Positions 8,580-17,807 of a DNA stretch of 39,954 nucleotides are shown one piece after another. The notes beneath the pieces are model-generated. The model searched no databases, was not told where the DNA came from, and was given only the letters and a program-made list of their open reading frames with translations. The position numbers and the translations under genes are program-made. Each line of letters begins with the position of its first letter. Positions within the stretch are counted from its first letter, which is position 1. The DNA is from Pseudomonadota bacterium (GTDB lineage Bacteria > Pseudomonadota > Gammaproteobacteria > Burkholderiales > JALYOK01). The stretch is from NCBI GenBank assembly GCA_031380185.1, contig JANNFT010000418.1, forward strand, positions 1-39,954. Reading direction: 5' to 3'.

Positions 8580-8667
8580 CGCACAATTGCAACGAGCGAA
8601 ATTCAGGTACGGTGCGCGGTTATATGGGGACTTTGCGCCTCGATTCCTAGCCTGAGTAAACCGCCCG

Positions 8668-9990
8668 ATGCGCAACGCCCCTGTTATTCATTTCTTCGCC
8701 GGTTTGGTCACCCTGAATATTGTCGCGTGCGGTGACGTAGCGACGCTGCCGGAGAAAGCCGGCATTGGACCGCACCCCACGTTACCGGCGCCAAATCCGT
8801 CGTTGATACCGACCGTCAATATCGCCCCCGCCAAAGGTTGGCATGCCGGCAAATCCCCCATCGCGGCGAATGACCTTGCAGTAAGCGCATTTGCGAATGG
8901 CCTTGAGCATCCGCGTTGGTTATATGTTCTTCCCAATGGCGATGTACTGGTTGCGGAGACAAATGCGCCGCCCAAAGAAGGAGGGGGATCAATCAAACAA
9001 TGGGTAACGAAGCTACTGATGAAACGCGCCGGTGCCGGGGCGCCGAGCGCCAACCGAATTTCCCTACTGCGTGATGCCGACAATGATGGTGTTGCAGAAC
9101 AAAAAACGCCGTTTCTGCAGGCGCTGAATTCGCCTTTCGGTATGACGCTTGTAGGTAGCACGCTTTACGTCGCCAATACCGATGCGATCGTACGATTTCC
9201 CTACACCAAAGGGCAAACCCAAATCACAGCGCCGGGCGTAAAAGTAGTCGATCTGCCGGCCGGAAAAATTAACCATCATTGGACCAAAAATGTGATTGCA
9301 AGCCCAGATGGTTCACGTCTTTATGTAACGGTCGGGTCGAACAGTAACGTCGGCGAAAACGGCTTGGTGAACGAAACCGACCGCGCCGCGATTCTCGAAA
9401 TCGACCTGTCGACCGGCCGCTCAAGAGTCTTTGCCACTGGCTTGCGCAATCCGAACGGCCTTGCATGGCAACCGCGGAGCGGAGCGCTTTGGACCACGGT
9501 CAATGAACGGGACGAGATCGGCAGCGACCTCGTTCCCGACTACCTGACCTCGGTGCAGGAGGGCGGCTTTTACGGCTGGCCGTACAGTTATTATGGTCAG
9601 CATGTTGACGCGCGCGTACAACCGCAGCGTCCAGAGTTGGTCGCCAAGGCGCTAGTTCCAGATTACGCGCTTGGCGCACATACGGGTTCGCTCGGGCTAG
9701 TTTTTTATTCAGACAACTATTTGCCCGAACGCTTTGCCGGAGGCGCGTTTATCGCCCAACACGGATCATGGAACCGGAAACCGCGCAGCGGCTACAAAGT
9801 GCTATTTGTACCCTTCTCCGACGGGCTTCCGGATAACGCAGCGGAAGATGTGCTCACCGGCTTTATCAGCCCGGACGGCGAGGCCTATGGCCGCCCTGTG
9901 GGTTTGGCGATTGATCGCACCGGCGCGTTACTTGTTGCCGATGACGTCGGCAATACGGTGTGGCGTGTAAAAACTAAAGCGAGGCCTTGA
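8668..9990 (+). CDS. PQQ-dependent sugar dehydrogenase (sorbosone dehydrogenase / YliI-like) lipoprotein
   Basis: Lipobox NIVAC. Motifs [45 protein letters not shown] and GGFYGWPY. Confidence 0.85.
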   Translation: MRNAPVIHFFAGLVTLNIVACGDVATLPEKAGIGPHPTLPAPNPSLIPTVNIAPAKGWHAGKSPIAANDLAVSAFANGLEHPRWLYVLPNGDVLVAETNAPPKEGGGSIKQWVTKLLMKRAGAGAPSANRISLLRDADNDGVAEQKTPFLQALNSPFGMTLVGSTLYVANTDAIVRFPYTKGQTQITAPGVKVVDLPAGKINHHWTKNVIASPDGSRLYVTVGSNSNVGENGLVNETDRAAILEIDLSTGRSRVFATGLRNPNGLAWQPRSGALWTTVNERDEIGSDLVPDYLTSVQEGGFYGWPYSYYGQHVDARVQPQRPELVAKALVPDYALGAHTGSLGLVFYSDNYLPERFAGGAFIAQHGSWNRKPRSGYKVLFVPFSDGLPDNAAEDVLTGFISPDGEAYGRPVGLAIDRTGALLVADDVGNTVWRVKTKARP

Positions 9991-10069
9991 ACGTCTGGGT
10001 CAAGTCTTCGTCGGAAAAGCGGGGTCAAGTCCTGCAAAACCACGTCTTAACCCACAAAACGCCCGGAAT

Positions 10070-10121
10070 TTGGAACCATAATGTTGAATAACCGAAGGAG
10101 CGGTCAACTGCCGTTTCTAGG
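10070..10121 (+). repeat. 52-nt terminal fragment of the MITE-like element found at 18328..18565
   Basis: 50 of 52 nt are identical to the reverse complement of 18328..18379. It ends in the same 17-mer, CAACTGCCGTTTCTAGG. Confidence 0.7.
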
Positions 10122-10656
10122 TTAAAGCGTTGGCAGTCCTCGCCGAACACGTCCAGCCAGCCGATTCGATAAGTGTCGGATAGATATATCTCTTCGCGCC
10201 CATCGCTACGCGATGTGACGTGGTAGATACTGACTTGATAGACCGTGGCGATTGCTAAGCCTTGACCGACGATGCTGCGAGCTTGCGGCGCTCAATATTG
10301 ATCGGCCTACAGCCAAGTATTCATGCGGCTTTCCAAGCATGCATTGCTGCGAGGCAGGCAGGGAACGGTTCGTGGCACGGCCGTTCTAAACGTAGGTGCG
10401 GGGGTTAGCGGGGAATTCGACCAGCACGCTGGCCGCCCGCGAAGCGACTGCGATGTGGCGCGTAGCGCGTAAGTTGCGGGTGAGGCACGATCCCCAACAT
10501 AGTCGCAATTTCTCGCACGGCCGCTCGCGCAGGTCCGCCGCGAGCGTGTCAGGCCAAATTTATTTTCGTCATGACGTTGAATCGTCCACATGGCGTGGGC
10601 AAGTCAACTCAACACTCGCTTTCTTTGAAATTATGTTGGAATTTATACTTCACCCG

Positions 10657-10736
10657 CAACCGCGCGCGCTTTCGTAGCGTGCGCACCGCGCATGCGAAAA
10701 GTTTCCGTAGGGTGCATTAATGCACCCTACGCCTGC
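10657..10736. repeat. REP-like unit 1 (contains a 24-nt perfect palindrome)
   Basis: CAACCGCGCGCGC..CGTAG.GTGCGCACCG.GCATGCGAAAAGTTTCC followed by GTAGGGTGCATTAATGCACCCTAC (10707-10730). Confidence 0.85.
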
Positions 10737-10826
10737 TTTTTTCTTGATCTCTGCTATGTTTGCGCCTCGCTCCTGTGGCGTGATGCTTGTGCGCAAGATT
10801 TGACCCCGGCGTTTTTTTCTTTATCC

Positions 10827-10908
10827 CAACCGCGCGCGCTCTTTCGTAGGGTGCGCACCGGGCATGCGAAAAGTTTCCGTAGGGTGCATTAATGCACCCT
10901 ACGCCTGC
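10827..10908. repeat. REP-like unit 2, direct repeat of 10657..10736
   Basis: Near-identical to unit 1, with the identical 24-nt palindrome at 10879-10902. The units are about 171 nt apart. Confidence 0.85.
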
Positions 10909-11215
10909 TAAAGCTTCCGTTTGATATCTGATAGAGGCGCAGGATGTGCCCATCGGCATCGGATTGGTAGTTGTAGCCTTGGGCGGCGGCGACAACTAAT
11001 CCGGCACGGGGGGTAAGTTCGCCATACCTCTATCGAACATGCCATAAAGCTTGTCCGCGCCAAGGCGGGGATCAAACCTCAAAGTGTCTCGCGGCAAAGT
11101 CACGGCCTATATTTTTTTTAAAATACCAATTAATTCATTGTGTTCAACGTTATTTTTAATGTAAAATAACAGATATGTCATCCTTTTTCATCAATTGAAT
11201 TTCGGAGAACTGAAC

Positions 11216-12613
11216 ATGATCGATAGTCGTAGCCCACGCTTAGGCGCGTCCTTGCTCGTGCGTTTGGCGCTGATAGCGCTTCTGCTTAGCCTTCATCCCG
11301 GCGTTGCGTTTGGTGTGGAGATCGTGAGCTACAGCGCCCCCGCTGCCAGCGCGAAGGACCTCATCCTGCGCGGTGGCGATGGCAATATTTTCTTTACCCA
11401 GGGACCCAATAAGATCAGCCGCATCTCGCCGTCAGGGCGGGTCAATGGCAAGCGTCTGGGAACGCCGGACGACGTTGCCATCGCCGGCATCGCAGCCGGC
11501 GCCAACGGCAATCTTTGGATCACGGACACCATTTCGGTCAGCATCGGCATCCTCGAACTCCATGCCCTGGCGCCGCGCGCCAAGGCGACACTTTCGGAAC
11601 ACCGGCTTCCGGGCCGACACCGGCCGCAACATATTACGCTCGGCGCCGATGAAAACTTTTGGATTGCGGACAGTACGCGCGACCGCGTAATGTGGGTGCG
11701 AGACACATTTTTTGTCGAGTATCGAGTGCCGAGTTTGAATGTGGGAATCGCGGGCATGACCGTTGCTCCCGACGGCACATTGTGGTTCACCGAAAGCAAT
11801 GTCGCTAAGATTGGTCAAGTCATTCCGGGCGGGATCGTGACAGAACTGTCGTTGCCGTCTACTGCCAGCCAGCCGACCGCGATCACGGTTGGGCCTGACG
11901 GCAACGTGTGGTACACCGACCCCGGGTTGAATGTCATCGGACGCGTTAATCTCGACAACTTGGCGGTCACCGAATTTCCCATCCCCTCGGCGCCGGGCGG
12001 CCTGCCCAACCATATCGCTAGCGGCAGCGACGGCAATCTCTGGTACACCGCAACCCGCGCAAACAAAGTTGGCCGGGTTACGCCGCAGGGGGTCATAACC
12101 GAATTTGATCTTGCCGGCATCGAAGAACCGGGTGCGTTGACCCAGGGACACGACGGCAATCTGTGGGTTATTGCCAAAGATCGCGTGGCCGTATTGAAAC
12201 ATTCGACCTTCATTTCGCCGCCGCCGCTTCCGACCGTGTTCAGTTTCGAAGTGGCCGCGCATCGAGGCTACGGCAGCGAGGCCTCCGTCAGGATCACCAT
12301 AAAGCGAGCCGGCAACACCACCAACACTGCCAGCGTCCGATATCTTGCCAGCGACTTGACCGCGATCTCGGGTACGCATTACCTCCCGATTTCCGGCACG
12401 CTCAGTTTCGGGCCGGACGAGGTTTCCAAAGTTATTTCCATTTCAATCTTGGGTAATCAGTTTTACGAGGCCGAAAAAGCGTTTAAGTTGCGACTATCTC
12501 ATCCGAGCGATAACGCAATTTTAGGTCCGACCAACGAAAGCATTATCACCATCATCGATATCCACGCGCCAAAGGACGAGGTGGCGCCGGCTGGTGAAGG
12601 CTCACTTGGTTAG
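11216..12613 (+). CDS. secreted Vgb-like (virginiamycin B lyase-type) 7-repeat beta-propeller protein with C-terminal Calx-beta domain
   Basis: Signal peptide ...LLLSLHPGVAFG. There are seven ~42-aa repeats of the G.DGN.W(Y/F/I)T type: GGDGNIFFTQ, GANGNLWITD, GADENFWIAD, APDGTLWFTE, GPDGNVWYTD, GSDGNLWYTA and GHDGNLWVIA. The C-terminus is Calx-beta-like (ISGTHYLPISGTLSFGPDEVSKVISISILGNQFYEAEKAFKLRL). GGAGAA RBS precedes the ATG at 11216. Confidence 0.75.
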   Translation: MIDSRSPRLGASLLVRLALIALLLSLHPGVAFGVEIVSYSAPAASAKDLILRGGDGNIFFTQGPNKISRISPSGRVNGKRLGTPDDVAIAGIAAGANGNLWITDTISVSIGILELHALAPRAKATLSEHRLPGRHRPQHITLGADENFWIADSTRDRVMWVRDTFFVEYRVPSLNVGIAGMTVAPDGTLWFTESNVAKIGQVIPGGIVTELSLPSTASQPTAITVGPDGNVWYTDPGLNVIGRVNLDNLAVTEFPIPSAPGGLPNHIASGSDGNLWYTATRANKVGRVTPQGVITEFDLAGIEEPGALTQGHDGNLWVIAKDRVAVLKHSTFISPPPLPTVFSFEVAAHRGYGSEASVRITIKRAGNTTNTASVRYLASDLTAISGTHYLPISGTLSFGPDEVSKVISISILGNQFYEAEKAFKLRLSHPSDNAILGPTNESIITIIDIHAPKDEVAPAGEGSLG

Positions 12614-12786
12614 GCGCTTTGCAGGCCGAACGGCTAACCCCGACAAGAGCATTCGCGGCGACGCAGCAGCGCATTAGTTGCGGCGAAGATTAAATTTATG
12701 GGTGCATTGCCAGAACCGGCATCTGGCTTGCCTCACAGCAAAGCATGCGGGAAGATACGCACTCCTATTGGCTCATCGGCCTATAA

Positions 12787-13242
12787 CTATTGTGGCTCGG
12801 GTGCGTTCTCCAGCCCCTTGATCCGCGTCCCGGGTCCAAGCTTGCGTTTTTTGAACCAGCCGGTGTTCATCTCGAGGGAATATTTCGCGGGTGCTTTGGC
12901 CATATGAGCGTCGAGGGTTTCAGGTTTCATTTCTTCAATGTTGATGATCACGCCTTGGTTATCGATAAACGCAACGCTTAGCGGTATCAGTGTGTTCTTC
13001 ATCCACATGCCCGTTATATGCGGTTGGGGATAGACGAACAACATGCCCTCGCCGTCCGGCATTTTCTTGCGAAACATCAAACCCTGCGCGCGATCCGATG
13101 GAATGCTTGCGACTTCCGCCACAACTTTGTGTACCCCTCCAATTGCCAATGTCACTTTAGGTAATTTCAGCGCTACCATCTCGCCGTAAGCGACGCTCGA
13201 AATTAACAGCGCGCCAAGGGCGATAAGTTTTTTCATGGTCAT
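12787..13242 (-). CDS. DUF192 domain protein (periplasmic)
   Basis: Signal peptide. Motifs [18 protein letters not shown] and [17 protein letters not shown]. Its ATG overlaps the dut stop codon (ATGA). Confidence 0.85.
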   Translation of the reverse strand: MTMKKLIALGALLISSVAYGEMVALKLPKVTLAIGGVHKVVAEVASIPSDRAQGLMFRKKMPDGEGMLFVYPQPHITGMWMKNTLIPLSVAFIDNQGVIINIEEMKPETLDAHMAKAPAKYSLEMNTGWFKKRKLGPGTRIKGLENAPEPQ

Positions 13243-13688
13243 TTTTTTCCTGTGGAGCCGAAGCCGCCCGCGCCGCGATTGCTCGTGGCGAATGATTCGA
13301 CGATGTTAAGTTTAACTTGCATTACCGGAACGATAACCAATTGGGCGATTCGTTCCATTGGGTTGAGCGTAAAATTCAACTGACCGCGATTCCAAAGGGA
13401 AACGAACACTTGTCCCTGATAGTCGGAATCTATCAGCCCGACCAAATTGCCTAAGACAATGCCGTGCTTATGGCCGAGCCCTGAGCGGGGTAGAGCGATG
13501 GCGGCGTAGCCCGGGTCGGCAATGTGGATCGCAAGTCCCGTCGGGATCAGGTGAGTCGTAGCGGGTTCAATTTGCATTGCTTCATCTATGCAGGCGCGCA
13601 GATCCAGTCCCGCTGCGCCTGCCGTGGCATAGGCCGGCAGTTGATCGCGCATACGCGGATCGAGAATTTTTACGTCTAGGGTTTGCAT
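13239..13688 (-). CDS. dut: dUTP diphosphatase
   Basis: 149 aa with [44 protein letters not shown] and GGFGSTG motifs. Confidence 0.95.
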   Translation of the reverse strand: MQTLDVKILDPRMRDQLPAYATAGAAGLDLRACIDEAMQIEPATTHLIPTGLAIHIADPGYAAIALPRSGLGHKHGIVLGNLVGLIDSDYQGQVFVSLWNRGQLNFTLNPMERIAQLVIVPVMQVKLNIVESFATSNRGAGGFGSTGKK

Positions 13689-14926
13689 CAGGTTTTTGCT
13701 TTATTGGATTTCTTGGTGGTGCGGGCGCGGGTGGTGAGTCGCCGTGCCAAAAGATTCGCAATATGTTCGACGAGTCGACGCGCCAGTGCTTCTTTGGGTT
13801 GACGATTCAACGGATGAACGCCGTCATCGTCGAATAGAATCAGCTCATTGTCATCACCACCGATCGCGCTCTGCACTAAATTGGCGGCGAGCAGCGGCAA
13901 CTTTTTGCGTCTGCGTTTGGCTTCTGCGTATTCGTGCAAATTGTCGCTCTCCGCGGCAAAGCCGACGCAGAACGGCGCATCCGGCATTTGCGCCACCTGG
14001 CCGACGATGTCGACGGTGGGTGTCAGTTCGATGTTAAGCGCCGCGGAAGATTTCTTAATCTTGCTGCGACTTGGCTGCTTGACGGTATAGTCGGCGACGG
14101 CGGCAACGCTGATGAAAATATCCTTGCCGGTAATGTTCCCCATGACGGCCCTATGCATCTCGGCAGCGCTGACAACGGGAATAAGCGTAGCGCCCAAAGG
14201 CGCGGCAAGGCTTGACGGCCCGCTCACTAGGGTCACGCTTGCACCCGCATCAAGAGTCGCACGGGCGATCGCATAACCCATCTTTCCAGAGCTGCGATTG
14301 CTAATACCGCGCACCGGATCGATCGCCTCGAAGGTCGGTCCCGCCGTGATCAATACATTCTTGCCGGCCAAAATCTTCGGCGCGAAGTAAGACAAAATTC
14401 CAGCAAAAATCTCTTCGGCTTCGCGCATTCGACCCATGCCCACTTCGCCACAGGCTTGATCGCCCGTAGCCGGACCGAGCAGCGTAACGCCATCATTTGT
14501 CAGAGTCTTCACATTGCGCTGCGTGGCGGGGTTGTCCCACATTTGGCGATTCATCGCGGGCGCGATTAGCAGCGGGCACTCGCGCGCGAGGCAGAGCGTT
14601 GAAAGTAAGTCGTCGGCCAATCCGTTGGCCACTTTCGCCATAAAATCCGCGCTAGCCGGCGCGATAACGATCCCATCGCAATCCCGCGACAATTCGATAT
14701 GCGCCATGTTGTTGGCCACCCGCGGATCCCAAAGATCAGTGTGGACCGTGTTCCCGGATAGGGCCTGCAAAGTGACAGGGGTAATGAAGCGGCACGCCGC
14801 TTCCGTCATCACGACTTGAAGTTCGATGTTACTTTGCCGCAATAGTCGAACCAACTCTGCGACTTTGTAGGCCGCGATTCCGCCGGTGAGGCCCAGTAAC
14901 AATTTTCGCGGAAGATTTTGATCCAT
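13688..14926 (-). CDS. coaBC: bifunctional phosphopantothenoylcysteine decarboxylase / phosphopantothenate-cysteine ligase
   Basis: [20 protein letters not shown] and [25 protein letters not shown] motifs. The start was chosen at MDQNLPRK by analogy with the length of E. coli Dfp; the ORF itself opens at 14959. Confidence 0.92.
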   Translation of the reverse strand: MDQNLPRKLLLGLTGGIAAYKVAELVRLLRQSNIELQVVMTEAACRFITPVTLQALSGNTVHTDLWDPRVANNMAHIELSRDCDGIVIAPASADFMAKVANGLADDLLSTLCLARECPLLIAPAMNRQMWDNPATQRNVKTLTNDGVTLLGPATGDQACGEVGMGRMREAEEIFAGILSYFAPKILAGKNVLITAGPTFEAIDPVRGISNRSSGKMGYAIARATLDAGASVTLVSGPSSLAAPLGATLIPVVSAAEMHRAVMGNITGKDIFISVAAVADYTVKQPSRSKIKKSSAALNIELTPTVDIVGQVAQMPDAPFCVGFAAESDNLHEYAEAKRRRKKLPLLAANLVQSAIGGDDNELILFDDDGVHPLNRQPKEALARRLVEHIANLLARRLTTRARTTKKSNKAKT

Positions 14927-14958
14927 AATGGCTATCATTCTAACGAAAAGAGATTGCA

Positions 14959-15633
14959 ATGGCGATTCGCGATTGGCCGGAGGATGAGCGACCGCGCGAG
15001 AAACTGATCGCCCGCGGTCCCGCAGCTTTAACCGATGCGGAGTTATTGGCGATCTTGCTGCGAACCGGCGTGGCCGGCAAAAGTGCGGTTGATCTCGCGC
15101 GCGAGTTGATTCAACGCTTTGGCAGCCTCAACCAATTATTTGCCGCCGGAGAAACTTCGCTGTGCGAAGCGCCCGGCATGGGGCCGGCGAAATTCGCGCA
15201 GTTTCAAGCCATCTTGGAAGTTGCACGTCGCGTACTGTCCGAAAACATAAGGCGCGGAGACTTTCTTTCATCACCCAAGGCGGTGTGCGATTATTTGCGC
15301 CTTTATTTTCAGAAACATCAGCGCGAAGCGTTCGTTGCGATTTTTCTCGATATTCAAAATCGCGCTGTCGCCATAGAAGAGTTGTTCGCCGGCACCTTGA
15401 ATCAAACCAGTGTTCATCCGCGCGAAATCGTAAAGCGCGCCTTGTTCCTGAACGCGGCGGCAATCGTGTTTGCGCATAATCATCCGTCAGGCATCGCTGA
15501 ACCAAGTGCGGCCGACCGCCATCTGACGCAGGTTTTGAGGGACGCACTGAACTTGATCGATGTTCGAGTGCTTGATCATTTCATTGTCGGGGATGGCCAG
15601 CCGTTTTCTTTTGCCGAGCATGGCCTGCTTTGA
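14959..15633 (+). CDS. radC: RadC/YicR family JAB-domain protein
   Basis: [12 protein letters not shown] and the JAMM motif HNHPSG..EPS..D. It shows the classical divergent radC/coaBC arrangement. Confidence 0.9.
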   Translation: MAIRDWPEDERPREKLIARGPAALTDAELLAILLRTGVAGKSAVDLARELIQRFGSLNQLFAAGETSLCEAPGMGPAKFAQFQAILEVARRVLSENIRRGDFLSSPKAVCDYLRLYFQKHQREAFVAIFLDIQNRAVAIEELFAGTLNQTSVHPREIVKRALFLNAAAIVFAHNHPSGIAEPSAADRHLTQVLRDALNLIDVRVLDHFIVGDGQPFSFAEHGLL

Positions 15634-15853
15634 TGCGGTTTGCGGCGTGATTGACAACGCGAGGCGGGTTTTAGTGGACATTTTTTCGCCGCGGAACTCG
15701 GCGACCAGGTTGTTGGCGGCGCCGGCGTACGGCGCGCATGTCTCGCGACGTCGCATCGTGCAAGAAGCGATTTGCAGTAATAGTTCGATCCGCCTTGCAG
15801 GAGGCAAGCGCGGGAACCGGACTTGTCGTGACCCCTGATCACGGGAGCGCACT

Positions 15854-15883
15854 TTGACGATTGAATAATTACTATGCGATAAT
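15854..15883 (+). promoter_or_regulatory. candidate sigma70 promoter of rpmB-rpmG
   Basis: TTGACG(15854-15859)-N18-GATAAT(15878-15883), about 25 nt upstream of the rpmB ATG. Pattern match only. Confidence 0.35.
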
Positions 15884-15907
15884 TAGTGTTTGGTTTGGAG
15901 CATCGCC

Positions 15908-16144
15908 ATGGCAAGAGAATGCATGATTACCGGGAAAAAGCCGCTTGTCGGCAACCATGTTTCCCACGCAAATAACAAAACCAAACGACGTTTTCTACCG
16001 AATTTACAGCGTCGTAGGATTTGGGTCGAAAGTCAAAATCGTTATATCAGCTTGCGTCTAACCACGTCCGCGCTGCGCACGATCGACAAAAACGGTATCG
16101 ATGCCGTCCTCGCCGATTTGACTGCTGCTGGTATAAAATTCTAG
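15908..16144 (+). CDS. rpmB: 50S ribosomal protein L28
   Basis: [38 protein letters not shown] lies 7 nt upstream. Confidence 0.95.
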   Translation: MARECMITGKKPLVGNHVSHANNKTKRRFLPNLQRRRIWVESQNRYISLRLTTSALRTIDKNGIDAVLADLTAAGIKF

Positions 16145-16155
16145 GGAGATAATCC

Positions 16156-16311
16156 ATGCGCGATAAAATTAAGTTGGAATCCACCGCTGGGACTGGTCAT
16201 TTTTACACGACGACCAAAAATAAGAAGACCATGCCGGAGAAAATGGAAGTGAAGAAATTCGATCCTAAGGCGCGTAAACACGTGATCTATAAAGAGACTA
16301 AGCTTAAGTAA
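16156..16311 (+). CDS. rpmG: 50S ribosomal protein L33
   Basis: 51 aa, below the ORF-track cutoff: [51 protein letters not shown]. Confidence 0.95.
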   Translation: MRDKIKLESTAGTGHFYTTTKNKKTMPEKMEVKKFDPKARKHVIYKETKLK

Positions 16312-16332
16312 ATCCGCCCGAGGCTGTGCAAT

Positions 16333-16362
16333 AAAAAAGCCCGCTGATGCGGGCTTTTTTAT
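16333..16362 (+). terminator. bidirectional Rho-independent terminator (rpmG / desaturase convergent)
   Basis: AAAAAAGCCCGC-TGAT-GCGGGCTTTTTTATT, with an A-run before and a T-run after a 7-bp GC stem. Confidence 0.8.
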
Positions 16363-16379
16363 TCGGTACAAATGCGTGC

Positions 16380-17579
16380 TTAGGCGTAGCAGCGCAATCG
16401 ACGCGAGAACTCCCGTAACGCCGTAATGCCGCTCGATTCCGCGCGATGGCACCAATCTTCCAGTTGCTTTACGAGCTGCTCGCGAGTCGCATTCGAGCGA
16501 CCCCAAATAGCGTCCAATTCCTGGCGCATCGAATAGACGGTCTTCAACACCGAACTGGAGCTCATCACTGTGTTGAATTTCTCCCGATCCGGCGCCGTCA
16601 AAGCGTCAGGTTCGAGATGCAGCCAATGTTTCAGGGCGCGGAAAACACCCGAATCAGTGATCGTCGATAGTGACGGTATGCGTTGCTTCAGGTATGCGAA
16701 CTCCTCGCTGCAAGTCCGCTGAAGCGCGCGACGATAGTTGTTCAATACTTCGTAGCGATGGGTAATGATTGCTTCCAGGGTTTCGCTATCGCAGGCTGCC
16801 TTTGCTTCGTTGAGTTTCACTTTCGGCGCAATTTTTTTAACTTTCGCCAGGCCTAGAAATTCCAGAATACAAATGTAAACCCAGCCGATATCGAATTCGT
16901 ACCACTTGGTGGAGAACTTGGCCGACGTAGCGTAAGCGTGGTGATTATTGTGTAGTTCCTCGCCACCGATGAAGATGCCCCACGGTATTAAATTGCGGCT
17001 CGCGTCGTCACATTGGTAATTGCGATAACCCCAGTAATGCGCGACGCCATTGATGACACCCGCCGCGAATAACGGAATCCAAATCATCTGCACGGCCCAG
17101 ACCGTGAGGCCCATCGTGCCGAAAAGCACCAGGTCGATCGCCATCATCAAACTTACGCCAAGCGTGTGGTTACTTGAGTAAAAACGTTCCATAAAGTCGT
17201 CCGGCGTGCCGCTGCCAAATCGATCTAACGTATCTTGATTTTTTGCTTCGACGCGATACAGTTCAGCGCCTTCCCACATGACCTTGTTAATGCCCAAAAT
17301 CTGCGGGCTATGGGGATCTTCCGCAGTTTCGCAACGTGCGTGGTGCTTGCGGTGAATAGCGGTCCACGCCTTAGTGCTCTGGCCGGTGGTGAGCCACATC
17401 CAGAAACGGAAAAAATGACACACCGCCGGGTGGAGTTCCAATGCGCGATGGGCCGAATAACGATGCAGATAGACCGTGACGCCAACGATGGTGATATGAG
17501 TCAGGACAAGACATAAAACGATGTATCCCCACCAGGGCAAAACGATGAGTCCGTTAAGTAAATTGTTCAAAAGCTCCAC
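16380..17579 (-). CDS. acyl-CoA (delta-9 type, DesA-like) fatty acid desaturase
   Basis: Histidine boxes HRYSAHR, HRKHHA and HNNHHAY, with TM hairpins. The start is set at the GTG at 17579, which has GGAGA 7 nt upstream; the ORF opens at 17639. Confidence 0.88.
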   Translation of the reverse strand: MELLNNLLNGLIVLPWWGYIVLCLVLTHITIVGVTVYLHRYSAHRALELHPAVCHFFRFWMWLTTGQSTKAWTAIHRKHHARCETAEDPHSPQILGINKVMWEGAELYRVEAKNQDTLDRFGSGTPDDFMERFYSSNHTLGVSLMMAIDLVLFGTMGLTVWAVQMIWIPLFAAGVINGVAHYWGYRNYQCDDASRNLIPWGIFIGGEELHNNHHAYATSAKFSTKWYEFDIGWVYICILEFLGLAKVKKIAPKVKLNEAKAACDSETLEAIITHRYEVLNNYRRALQRTCSEEFAYLKQRIPSLSTITDSGVFRALKHWLHLEPDALTAPDREKFNTVMSSSSVLKTVYSMRQELDAIWGRSNATREQLVKQLEDWCHRAESSGITALREFSRRLRCYA

Positions 17580-17807
17580 TAAGCTGTCTCCAAGGACATG
17601 AATGGAACGAAATTGTACACGTCGCTCCGGGGGACGCAAGCGCTAATTGTCGTAAATTTGTAAACTTTCATACACAAGAAGCGCTTACAACCTAAAAAAT
17701 AATAATTAATAAAAACAATGGCCTGCGAGCCGCTTCCAGACTGGCTCTCAAGGCATTTTGCGGTTTAGTTTGGCGCCAATGAGGCCAACTTAGGCTGAAT
17801 GCAATCC

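Noticed and set aside
10307-10677. Overlapping 94-aa (minus) and 93-aa (plus) ORFs in the repeat-rich region.
   Set aside because: Their translations are Arg/Ser/Cys-rich and nonsense-like. They overlap each other and REP-like motifs, and neither has an RBS.
10657-10908. Possible CRISPR array (repeat-spacer-repeat).
   Set aside because: There are only two copies. The units are ~80 nt, much longer than CRISPR repeats, and internally palindromic over 24 nt. No cas genes are present. This fits REP/BIME elements better.
11432-12379. 315-aa minus-strand ORF, plus other long antisense or alternate-frame ORFs at 11329-11799, 11815-12213, 24650-25267, 27459-28145, 32729-33397, 34270-34929 and 20740-21222.
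   Set aside because: All lie entirely inside well-supported genes on the opposite strand or in another frame. They have Arg/Gly/Ala/Pro-rich, low-information translations typical of shadow ORFs in GC-rich coding DNA, and none has a recognisable motif or RBS.
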